DNA from: Azolla caroliniana
Taxonomy: Eukaryota; Plantae; Polypodiophyta
DNA length: 64,000 nt
Assembly: GCA_043228905.1 (NCBI GenBank)
Contig: JBHGNT010000006.1
Span: forward strand, 992,001-1,056,000
Direction of reading: 5' to 3'
Position 1 is the first letter of the stretch; each line of letters starts with the position of its first letter. Below, one piece after another: positions 1-10,298 of this stretch. A program made the position numbers and the translations under genes. The notes under the pieces are model-generated. The model was not told the origin of the DNA. It made no database searches and saw nothing but the letters and a program-made list of their open reading frames with translations.

Positions 1-2045
1 GGTCCTAGCTATATTTTCTCTAATCCGGTTTTGCTCTGAAGTCAATACACCGGAAGATATTTGCCCTCCTGGAGGGACAATTTCAAGTTGTTGTTCATCG
101 TCTTCTTCTTCCTCGAACTCCAAGACGTCGAGGTCCTCGTCATTAGATATTTGTCGTTTTTGATATTTTTTATGTTTCGGTTTTGTTTTCCGAGACTTTT
201 TAGGCGGAATCTCTGCTTCTGTGCTCATCATCTCTCCGGTAACATAAGGCCGAAGAGCTACAATAAGATTATTCTTTGGTTGCATATCTTTTCGCAAAGA
301 TTTTGGGTGGCATACGTCAGGTACTAGGTTTCCTTCATCAACTTGCACTCGCCTTATACCACCGGAGCTCTCAACTTCGAGGAAGATAATGGACGAATCA
401 TTGTCTTCATATTCTAAATTACGAACTTTACCATAGGGGAAGGTCTTCCCTAATTCAAGCTTTCCTTTTCCTTCCGACGTGGCAAATATGAGGAGCAATA
501 CCCCATCTTCTTCAACATAAGTGAGACTCCATTTTACGTGTGAATAATTTTTTAGCTTATGCTCCGTGGACTTATCTTCTACGAGCATAATTTGTTTATT
601 TTTCGTATTCCCTACGGATGATTTCGAAGTCCCATCACCTCCGGACTCGAATAATGATCGTCGAGACTTTTCTTTTAAAAAACTCTCCGAGTCATGTTTT
701 GTCGGAGTCCGGAACTTCAACTTGAAAGACGGCACCTTCAGACGGGGCTCACTGGGGAAAAAAGCAAAATATTTTCGTGAAATAAATGTAAAATATACGT
801 GAATACACCAAAACACAACTAAATTCTCTTTAATACACCGTAGTACACGTAAAATACACATAAAACGCACCTAAATACACGTAAGTGCACCAAAATACCC
901 TTAACTACATGTAAAACACACCTAAATACACTAAACCCTAAACTGAATACTCTCCAATACACCTAAGTACACGTAAAATAAACATAAAACACACCTAAAT
1001 ACACGTAAGTAGACCTAAACACACCTAAACACTACTAAATACATATAAATACACCTAAGTACATGTAACAGACACGTAAATACGACGAAATACACCTAAA
1101 TATACATAAAATACATCTAAATATACCTGCATCGGATTTCAGAGGATTTCCTATCCACTCCTCCCTAATCCGATGCACTGCATCGGATTTCAGAGGTTTT
1201 CTTATCATCTCCTCCCTAATCCGATGCAGTGCATCGGATTAGAGAGGACATCCTCTGAAATTCGTTGCACTGTGTCGGATTTCAGAGGTTTTCTGATCAT
1301 CTCCTCCCTAATCCGATGCACTGCATCGGATTAGGGAGGAAATCCTCTGAAATCAGAGGTTTTCTCATCATCTCCTCCCTACTCCGATGCATTACATTGA
1401 ATTTGGGAGGATATGATACGACATCCTCTGAAATCCGATGCATTGCATCGGATTTCAGAGGATATAATACAACATCCTTTGAAATACGATGCGTTTCATC
1501 GTATTAGGGAGGATTTTCTTCCTAATCCGATGCAGTGCATCGGATTTCAGAGGTTTCCTGATCATCTTCTCCCTAATCTGATGCAATGCTCCCTAATCCG
1601 ATGCACTACATTGGATTAGGGAGGATATGTTACGACATCGTCTGAAATCCGATGCATTGTATCAGATTGGGGAGGATAACCTCTGAAATCCGATGCATTG
1701 CATCGGATTTCAGAGGATGTCGTATCATATCCTCCCTAATCCAATGTAGTGCATCGGATTAAGGACGATAACCTCTTATTCTTATGTATGTGTTGTCTTA
1801 ATGTCCTATCTACCCCCATGCAGTTCATCGAGTTAGCGAGGAAGTACTTTCTAATCCGATGCACTGCATCGAATTAGAGAGGACATTCTCTCAAGAAACC
1901 GAAGAAATTATACATACACCAAACTAATTATAATTAAAGTCACTCAATTTTATAGATAATAAAAAAGAATCTTTATGGTATCTTTAGGAATCTTTAAATT
2001 TGGGTAATAGAAGACTTACTTGCCAACTGTCTTGCTCGATTTCAT
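1..2045 (-). CDS. Unknown protein, spliced (exon 1 2045-2020, intron 2019-752, exon 2 751-<1), 3' end runs off the window
   Basis: Exon 1 reads ATG AAA TCG AGC AAG ACA GTT GGC AA|gtaagt. The acceptor is ttttttccccag|T GAG CCC and the phases match (AA+T = Asn). Exon 2 is open for about 250 codons to the window edge: MKSSKTVGNEPRLKVPSFKLKFRTP...KWSLTYVEEDGVLLLIFA...PPKKSRKTKPKHKKYQKR...EFEEEEDDEQQ. It is absent from the ORF track because no stop lies in the window. Confidence 0.75.
787..1127. repeat. Degenerate A/C-rich tandem repeat (about 11-12 nt units such as AAATACACCTA / AAGTACACGTA)
   Basis: Many recurrences of tacac/acacctaa/tacacgtaa. It lies in the 3' part of the minus-strand intron and is G/T-rich on the sense strand. 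Confidence 0.85.
1128..1885. repeat. Array of palindromic modules (AATCCGATGCA-N-TGCATCGGATT junctions with two arm types, TCAGAGG and AGGGAGG)
   Basis: About a dozen 40-70 nt units, each bounded by TGCATCGGATT...AATCCGATGCA, with short variable interiors in either orientation. Confidence 0.92.
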
Positions 2046-2153
2046 GTTAGACTAGTTGTTGACAATGTGTTGATGAACACAGAAAACGATGACTTTTTCT
2101 AAAGAGTGCTCTGAGCTCTTGAAACGTGTAAGAGATAATGAGCGGTAGATCTC

Positions 2154-2163
2154 TATTTATATA
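2154..2163 (-). promoter_or_regulatory. Candidate TATA box for the minus-strand gene, within an AT-rich divergent intergenic region (2046-2410)
   Basis: TATATAAATA on the minus strand, about 110 nt upstream of the ATG at 2045. Confidence 0.45.
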
Positions 2164-2410
2164 GTTAACTTAAATTGTTTTTTTGGAAAATAAAATAAAT
2201 TTTTTTTTTAAAAAAATCTCTTAAAAAAATACAATATTACACAATAAATTATTATAAAAAATTTACAAAATTAAATAATAATATGATGTCAATATACCTT
2301 ATCTTTTATCCCAAGATGTCTTCATATGGTTTATGTTCGTAGACTAGATCTTAAATTCCTAAACTTCTACTTAAACAAGAGAAAGGTGTTAATTTAAGTT
2401 AGGCTTCAAG

Positions 2411-5164
2411 ATGTCTTGTGCTTCGAGTAGATCATCCTTGTTTTCAGTGGACCCTTATGTTTTATCGAGTAACTCATATTTCTCAGTCGATGAGTACAAG
2501 GTCCCAAGTGTTTCAAAGGGTCCAGGTGAAAATGTTAGTTGTGATGTTGGTAATAACTCAAACTCACTTTTCTCAATTGACCCTTTCAAGAGGCCAGGAC
2601 AAAGTGGTATACAAGAAAGCAAAAGTTGTGCAAGCATTGACAAGGATGAAACCACATCTGGCGAAGCTTGCGTAACAAAGCCTCTCACATTCAAAAGAGT
2701 TCCTCGACAAGTTAGTGTAAAGAGATATAACTTTTTATGTTCTGATCGTCAAATTGTTTGTGATTCGAGCAAGACATGTTGTGGGAATCTATGTCTTAAT
2801 AAATTTGGAAAGTCAAACTTACGAATAATGCGGGAGAAGTATCTATCACTTAATGGTGAGGAACAAGATACTTTTCTTATTTCACATATGCAGCTTGTAA
2901 GAGATCACGCCACTGGGGCTAGTTCAACGCACGTTGAATATTACCTTGCATTGAGGACTAAGTGTTGTAGAGTTGCTTTCAAAATTGCTCATAGCATTCG
3001 GAACATGAGGCTTCAGAGAATACAACTAAGATTGGTGAAGGGATCGTTTATACCTTTTGATATGAATTCCTCTGGTAGTAAGGGTCTTATAGGGCGTCAT
3101 TCTATTAATTGGATGGAGATATATTTCTCAAAGCAATGTGATATTATGCCTACTACTGGGAGATTGCACTTGTCTGATAATTTCACTCGTCGTCAGGTGT
3201 ATCAAGAATATAAAGACGACATGTTGTCACAAGGTGTACCTTACATACAGTATCGACATTTCAATCGATTATGGAGGTTACAATTTAACAATGTGGTTAT
3301 ACCGCGTAAAGTTCGAATGGGTGTTTGTTCAATATGTGCAAGTTTAAAGAGTATGGCAAAGGGTGGGAAATCAGATGATGAAATAAAGAATTACAAGAAT
3401 CTATTGAAAGAACACCGTGAGAGTCAAGCATTGGAACATTCTAAAGCTATGCACCACCGACGAAAAGCTCTCCAATCACCTGAAAGGTATATGTGTATGA
3501 TTATTGATGGCATGGATCAGAAGAAGACTTGTTTGCCACACTTTCAAAGGTTGCCAAAGGATATTGGAGATGAATGCCTTGTACAAATGCATTTAGTAGG
3601 TTGCTTGTCATATTGTCAGACAATAAGGCCTCAAGTATTCTTAACTTATCCTAATATCCACAACAACCCTAATCTTACAGTTACAGTCATGCAAAGAGTG
3701 TTGCAGTCTTGGCCAGGTATACTCCCGCCTGTTCTATACGTGCAACTTGACAATACAGCCAGAGAAAACAAAAACTCAATTGTTTTCAGTTACTTAAGCA
3801 TGCTAGTAGAGAAGGGTTTATTTAAGAAGATTAAGGTTAACTTCTTACTAGTTGGTCATACTCATGATCATATAGATCAAATGTTTAGTAGGTTCTCAAA
3901 TAAATTAGCACGATGTGATGCTTTCACGCTTCCTACGCTAACAACGTTGATCAGTGAAGCTTATACCCCAAAGCCCGAAGTACATCAGTTGAATGAAGTG
4001 TATGATTTTAAACGCTTCTGCATGGATGGTGATGGGGCTCAAGGTAGGGTTCTTGCACCTCTGAATAATATAAGTTTTAACCATGTCTTCCTCATAAAAC
4101 GAAGTGATATGAGCCACAACACGACGATGTTGTATGCAAAACAATACTCATCTAGTTCACAATGGGAGCCACAAGAGGGTTGTAGGTTCTTACTTTATTT
4201 TCCAAATACAGAAATTCATGGTGCAGAACAAATGTCGTATGATGACCATAAAAAAATGGTTCATAGCAACTCAATTGATGAGAAAAAGATATATTGGATG
4301 CGATGCCTTGAAGAGAAACAAAGAAATATTGAGCGCACCAAGAAGTATGCTGGTGATCAAGATGTTCAATGGTGGGATACCTTCTTTAACCATCAACATA
4401 CAATTTTAAACAACTACATTGCCGGAGTATGGCCAATCCAAAATGCTTTCACATGGAACATTGGTATGTCGTCAATAGTTTCACCTGCTAACCATCAATT
4501 AATTGGTAATGCCGAACTCAATAATCTAGTTCGCCCACGACAGAGAGATATTTATGTGGGACCAAGAATATCGCGTACTGCAGAGGCAAGATGGCAAGGC
4601 AGTTTGCATGAACTACAAGTTGGGATGTTAGTTGCAACATTAGCTGGGGATGATGAGTTGGGCCATCCATTTTGGAGTGCTAAAATTTTGGATATAATGA
4701 AGGATGAATCAGGCAATCAAGTTAAGTCCATTGTGGTTCATTGGTATCACACCTCTTCACCAAATCCATTCACTGGAAAGTACTCTTTAGAGATTGTTAA
4801 GGATGTTGAAGGCACAAGTGGAAAGCGAAGAAGAAAGAATCTACCAAGCACGTATGTTCTTACATTGGATAATGTTGACATACTAGTGTATGACTTCTCC
4901 TTGACCAAAACAGGCCATCTAAGACAAACCACAATCAAGATATTAAAAGAGAAGATCCCAAATGCGGCTCCAACCACTACACAAAGACAAACAAGAAGCA
5001 TGTCTCATAACCATGGTGATGTTGGATTGCAATTGGATGAAGACAATGCATTGGTTGCCAGTGATGATGAGGATGATACCTCACAAAGCTCTTCTAGTTC
5101 ATCGGATGGGTCTGAAAATGATGGCATAGACTTGGAAAGCGATAGTTTGACACATGATCTGTAG
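2411..5164 (+). CDS. Sola-like/DUF7869-type DDD transposase, 917 aa, intronless, with a C-terminal SH3/BAH/Tudor-like beta domain and an acidic tail
   Basis: Cys-rich N-terminal motifs (CCGNLC, KCCRVAF, VCSIC). Putative catalytic motifs IIDGMDQ, YVQLDNTARENKN and FLLVGHTHDHIDQMFS resemble the Sola-type DN..NKN / FL..GH....D pattern. The C-terminus has LQVGMLVA...PFWSAKILD...IVVHWY. Confidence 0.8.
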   Translation: MSCASSRSSLFSVDPYVLSSNSYFSVDEYKVPSVSKGPGENVSCDVGNNSNSLFSIDPFKRPGQSGIQESKSCASIDKDETTSGEACVTKPLTFKRVPRQVSVKRYNFLCSDRQIVCDSSKTCCGNLCLNKFGKSNLRIMREKYLSLNGEEQDTFLISHMQLVRDHATGASSTHVEYYLALRTKCCRVAFKIAHSIRNMRLQRIQLRLVKGSFIPFDMNSSGSKGLIGRHSINWMEIYFSKQCDIMPTTGRLHLSDNFTRRQVYQEYKDDMLSQGVPYIQYRHFNRLWRLQFNNVVIPRKVRMGVCSICASLKSMAKGGKSDDEIKNYKNLLKEHRESQALEHSKAMHHRRKALQSPERYMCMIIDGMDQKKTCLPHFQRLPKDIGDECLVQMHLVGCLSYCQTIRPQVFLTYPNIHNNPNLTVTVMQRVLQSWPGILPPVLYVQLDNTARENKNSIVFSYLSMLVEKGLFKKIKVNFLLVGHTHDHIDQMFSRFSNKLARCDAFTLPTLTTLISEAYTPKPEVHQLNEVYDFKRFCMDGDGAQGRVLAPLNNISFNHVFLIKRSDMSHNTTMLYAKQYSSSSQWEPQEGCRFLLYFPNTEIHGAEQMSYDDHKKMVHSNSIDEKKIYWMRCLEEKQRNIERTKKYAGDQDVQWWDTFFNHQHTILNNYIAGVWPIQNAFTWNIGMSSIVSPANHQLIGNAELNNLVRPRQRDIYVGPRISRTAEARWQGSLHELQVGMLVATLAGDDELGHPFWSAKILDIMKDESGNQVKSIVVHWYHTSSPNPFTGKYSLEIVKDVEGTSGKRRRKNLPSTYVLTLDNVDILVYDFSLTKTGHLRQTTIKILKEKIPNAAPTTTQRQTRSMSHNHGDVGLQLDEDNALVASDDEDDTSQSSSSSSDGSENDGIDLESDSLTHDL

Positions 5165-5442
5165 ATATTGAATTGTACATCAAAATGTTAGTTAACGAAT
5201 ATGTATAAATATAGGTGGTAGTCATTTTGTACATTCTTTTGTAAGTTTGGCATGTCTATTATTTAGGCATTTTTTGAAAGACCTACAATTTTGGACATGC
5301 TTAAAATCAATATATTTTTGGGTCATTTTTTAAAATCCTTTATGCATGCAGCACCCCTTTTTGTCAATCGACCTATTTTGTGTCTTTTTTTGACGGATAG
5401 TTCTTAAAATGCGACATATTACCTGTTTCAAATGTCCCGGTG

Positions 5443-6724
5443 TTACTTGCATCCCTTGCTCAACCATTTGGCTGACCGAGACCAAATTCTTTGTGATGGT
5501 GGGAACATGCAAGACATTTTTAATGTATGTTTGCTTACCTCTTTCGCCGAACGGAACATTGCCGATGTGTTGAATCGGGTGCGTAGTGTCATCTCCGATT
5601 TCGACATAACCGGGTCGCTCCGGTTCTCGAAGTTCGAGAAACCATTCTTTATGGGATGTCATATGGTTTGAGGCTCCAGAGTCTACAAACCATACGTCCT
5701 CCGGATTGAGGGCACTAGTTGAGGTAGAGGCCGACATAGAGTTTGCTCTATGTTTCATCATGAACATTCCGCCACGATCTTCGTAGTCGGAGTTGTTCCC
5801 GTACATTCCGCTATACTCTTCGTAGTCAGAATTGTGTGCGTAATTCGTGAGTTGTCGACTTGTGGAAGCCGATTCACGCATCTTCTTTCGGCACTCTTCT
5901 TCGTGGTGGCCTAGCTTTCCGCAATATCTGCATTCGGTTGCGTTTTGACGGCTAGGGCTGGATTGGAAGCTCCCCCTTCTTGCGAAGGTTCCTCGTTGGC
6001 CTCCGTTTTGCGGCCGAAATTGGGAGTTGTTGTCGTAGGTCGGACCTCGTCCGCCTTGTCCTTGGCCGAATCGGCCTCTCGCTCGTCCGCGTCCTCTTCC
6101 TCCATTAGAGTGCGTGTAGAGCATGTGGCCTTCCGACTCATTGCTCCTTGTACGCGCGTGGTTTTCTTCGACCAATAGCATTGATTGGAGCTCGAAGAAG
6201 GAGGGAGATTTCTCCCGTGCTAGAACGGCGGTTCGCATCGCGCCGAACCGTGGTGCGAGGCCGCCGAGGCATATTTGCACCATCTCATCATCATCTATAC
6301 TTACGCTTATTGAGCCGAGCGAGTCGCAAAGCTCCTTGATCTTCAAGTTGTATGTCGTGATGGACATGTCCCTTTGTTGAATGTTGTTCAACTCTTGGCG
6401 GAGTTGAAGCTTCCTCGTGGTCGTGTTGGCGGCGAAAATCTTTCGCAGATTTTCCCACGCTTCCTTCGGCGTCTTGGCTTCTCGAATGTAACCGAGCATG
6501 TGGTCGTGAACACATGTCGCCAAACAATACATCACACGGCTTGCGGCTTGCTCCCATGTCGCGTATCCGGGAGCCGCTTCGGCGGGTCGGTCTTCATGCA
6601 CTCCTTTGATGTAGCTCCAATAGCCTTGTCCGACAAGGTATTGGTGCATATTGTACTCCCAAGATGCGAAGTTGTTTCGATCCAACTTCTCGGTAGGGAG
6701 AGCGCTCCCCATTTGAGTATTCAT
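5443..6724 (-). pseudogene. Copia gag-protease ORF, truncated by the insertion
   Basis: UBN2-type gag, zinc knuckle CRYCGKLGHHEEEC, protease WFVDSGASNHM, and NVLHVPTITKNLVSV. Confidence 0.9.
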
Positions 6725-7263
6725 TATATCGATTTTTCTTCTTCTTCTTCTCTCTTCGAATGCGAGCTATGTAGCGAAGCTACGATAGCTATGAGCCGGT
6801 TCTTGGTCGTCGGCATAGAGCACAACACACGATCACGATGAGGCGAATGGGCTAGATCGAGCTACCAAATCGCTCTGATACCATGTAAAGAATCAAGAGA
6901 TGGATTCTTGTGAAGCGGAATAGGTGTGAACTATGTGTGTATGTGTGTATGAGATAGAGAGAGAGAGAGACACAGAGTATACGCAAGGTTAAGTATATTA
7001 GCAAAGGAGAAAGACTCAACATTATACAAGATGGGAGGAGGGTGCTTTATGTAGTCACCCTCTCTCTTCATTAACTACAAGGCTCATGGAGCATGGGGAA
7101 TGTGAAAGCTCATAAGTTATGTGTCATGGAATATGATTCTATGACTCATACTAAATGCTAGAATACAAAGTGGTGACATAATGGTGACTCTTGACCGTTG
7201 AGGTGTCTCTTCACTCTCAAGGTGAGTTCACACACTAGACCAAGTTGAGCTTGATTCTCAACA
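5443..7263 (-). mobile_element. Ty1/Copia 5' portion (5' LTR 7263-6884, PBS 6883-6872, gag-protease), interrupted by the DNA transposon and inserted in Gypsy RT
   Basis: The LTR reads TGTTGAGAATCAAG...CTTGATTCTTTACA with terminal inverted repeats. It is followed by PBS TGGTATCAGAGC (initiator tRNA-Met). Confidence 0.92.
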
Positions 7264-9880
7264 TACAATTATGTCTTTTGGTCTCACAAATGCTCCTGCG
7301 ATTTTTCAGCATATGGCCAATGATATTTTGCGAGACTTCTTGGATATATTCACCATCATTTATTTAGACGATATCTTGATATTTTCCCAGACTCAAGAAG
7401 AGCATGATGAGCATGTACGCCAAGTTCTACGACGATTACAAGAATATGGTCTCAACCAAGTGGAATTCTTGGGGTACATAGTATCACCAAAAGGAATATC
7501 TATGGATCCAACAAAGGTGCAAACAATTCTAAAGTGGGAAACACCACAATCTGTGCATGATATCCAATGTTTCTTGGGATTTGCAAATTTTTACCGCAAA
7601 TTCATTAGGAACTACTCAAAGAAGGTTCTGCCTCTTACACAATTAACACATAAAAACCAACCATTCATATGGAATTCTAGTGCGGCGGAGGCCTTCAAAA
7701 GCTTAAAACATGTGTTCACATCAACTCCTATTTTGATCCATGCTGACCAAGACAAGCCTTTTATTTTGGAATCTGATGCATCAGTTTTTGCACTCAGGAT
7801 TGTCCTCTCACAACCCAAAGAAAACGGGCTATTATATCTAGTTACTTTTCATTCATAGAAAATTTGAAGCTACAGAAATTAATTATGAGATTCACGATGT
7901 CAAGGAGCTTTTGGCTATTGTAGACTCTTTTGAGCACTGGCGCCACTTTTTGGAAGGTTCTCCCCATCAAATCATTGTCTATAATGATCACAAGAACCTA
8001 ACATATTTCCAGAATGCTCGAGTCTTAAATTGTCGACAAGCTCGTTGGGCACAATTTCTTACATGCTTTGATTTCTTGATCGTGTATCACCTCACAATAC
8101 ACTAGGGAAAGGCAGATGCGCTATCTCGGCGTTCCTACATGGCACCCTGTTTAGGGGAACCTACTTTTGATCATCAGAAACAGATCCTCCTTGGTCCTAA
8201 CCCAGTCCTGATCGTTTATAAGTGATGCTCGCTAATGCTTTTAAGATGCCCACGGACTCGACACTTATTAGTATGATTCGTATTTATCTTGAATCAAATG
8301 AATTTGCACAAGATGCCTTGAATCATATCATTCCAGATCGTGCTTCTTGTTCAAAGTCCATGAATTCTCGTAAAGATTATAATCAGTTCAGTTGGCATGA
8401 TAATTTACTTTTTCGAAATAATTTACTTTATGTCCCTGATGGCCGTTCTCAACTCCCTACTTTACAACATTGCCATGACATGCCAATGGCTGGACATTTT
8501 GGAGTTCACAAAACTTTGGAATTAGTTTCTAGATATTATTGGTGGTTGCATCTTCATAATTATTTTGAGGACTACATTCGCAGTTGTGATGCATGTTGTT
8601 GGTCCAAGTGTCCTCGACATTGACCATATGGTTTACTCCAACCCTTACCAGTTCCTAATGGTCCATGGAAGTCTATATCTATGGATTTCATTACCGATCT
8701 TCCATCTTCCAAAGGTTTTGATTCCATCCTTAGTGTTGTAGATCGCTTCACTAAGATGACACATTTTCTACCATGCACAAAAACTATTAATAGTCAAGAG
8801 ACAGCATATTTGGTTATGCGTGAAGTGTTTCGGCATCATGGTCCACCTTATGATATCATTAGTGATTGAGGACCATAATTTATCTCAACATTTTGGAAAC
8901 ACTTGTTTGGGCTTGGGCTCCTCCAAATTCATTGTAAACTCTCTTCAAGCTATCATCCAGAGGCTGATGGTCAAACCGAACGTACCAATCAAACCTTGGA
9001 ACAATACTCATTGGGTAGATTATTTGCATTTTGAGAAGTTTTCTTACAATAATTCAATTCATTCTTCTACTAAACTTACTCCCTTCTTTGCAAACATGGG
9101 TGTTCATCCCTGTTGGACAATGCTTGAGCACCCAAAATCTTGAAAAACCCTGTTGTAGAGGATCGCTTATGTCATATCTAGGAAATTCATATTGCTCTTT
9201 CTTTTCTTTTCTTTTTTTCCAAAAACATATTGCTCTTTCTCATCATGCTCAAGCCACCCATAAGAAATTTACAAATCGCCATCGACTCAACTCATCACCG
9301 AAAAACCCCAAAATTCAAGTTGGAGATTGTGTATGGCTCTTACAACATAATGTGAAGACCACTAGGCCTTGTAACAAGTTGGATTATCAATGTCTTAGTT
9401 CATATTTAATCACTTAAAAAATCAATGAAGTTGATTTTCATCTTGATCTCCCTCCGCATATGCATCTTCATCCAGTGTTCCATGTCTCACTCTTGGAACC
9501 TTATGCTTCAAACTCTATTCCAGATCATGTTGTTCCCCCGCCACCTCCTATTGAGCTTGATCAAGGCGTGGAATATGAAGTGAAATCCATTTTGGACTCC
9601 AAAGTTGTGAAGAACAAATTGTATTATTTCGTTGATTGGTTGGGTTATACACCCGCGGATTGAACATGGGAGCGAGCTAAAAATCACAATAATACCAAAG
9701 AACTTGTAGCTAAATTTCATCAATGATATCTGAATAAGCCAACTCCTAGTTCGTGCATTGTGACTCATGGAACTCATCATCGAAGGAAGGGGATAATATA
9801 CCAAAACTCTAAGACTTGTAATGGAGGTTCAAACCCATGACCTCCTTTAAGATGATGTGAAGCTTCAACCACTAGGATAC

Positions 9881-9951
<71 letters not shown>

Positions 9952-10298
9952 ATAAATCCTTATATTAGATGAGGAAAAAACATATATAGTATTATGAAAT
10001 GTCGCCACCGCATAGACTAATGCATGATTACCAAGTGTCATGCATGCATGAATGCCAAATGGCGATCATGCATGCCTATGAGGTGGCGAGCATGCATGTA
10101 TCCAAATCATGCTATATAAACATGTAGTGAAGTATTGATGAACTATTCTTGTTCAATGCCAGTCTTCGGCATACTCTTGTAACCCTTGTTCTCATTACTA
10201 ATACATTGTCAACATCTTATTTCTCTCTCATTCCTCTCTTATTTGCTATTTCTCATCCTTTTCTTCATTTTAAACTTGTCTTTGGCTACGGCCTGACA
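7264..10298 (+). mobile_element. Degenerate Ty3/Gypsy chromovirus 3' portion (RT-RNaseH-integrase-chromodomain, PPT, 3' LTR about 9797-10298)
   Basis: Fragments MSFGLTNAPA, IYLDDILIFS, FLGFANFYRKFI, ESDAS, DHKNL, GHFG..KT and MDFITDLP are broken by stops and frameshifts. Chromodomain EYEVKSILDS...YFVDWLGY lies at about 9570-9670. PPT GAAGGAAGGGG is at 9782-9792. The LTR contains (AT)n at about 9884-9948. The LTR end at ...CCTGACA is tentative. Confidence 0.88.

Larger units (their letters stand above)
1..5442 (+). mobile_element. Sola-like (DUF7869-type DDD transposase) DNA transposon, left end outside the window, inserted in a Copia element
   Basis: It contains an intact transposase-like ORF and a divergent second gene. 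At about 5442 the sequence switches abruptly into Copia pol: the Copia frame ...EQGMQV continues into unrelated TPGHLKQ. The inferred right terminus reads 5'-CACCGGGACATTTG on the minus strand. TIR and TSD cannot be confirmed because the left end is not visible. Confidence 0.75.

Noticed and set aside
1128-1885. CRISPR array
   Set aside because: Eukaryotic context, no cas genes, and the interiors are mutually homologous and occur in both orientations rather than being unique spacers.
5330-5442. C-terminal part of the 464-aa Copia ORF (TPGHLKQ...HKGF)
   Set aside because: This is read-through into the inserted DNA transposon end, not real Copia coding sequence.
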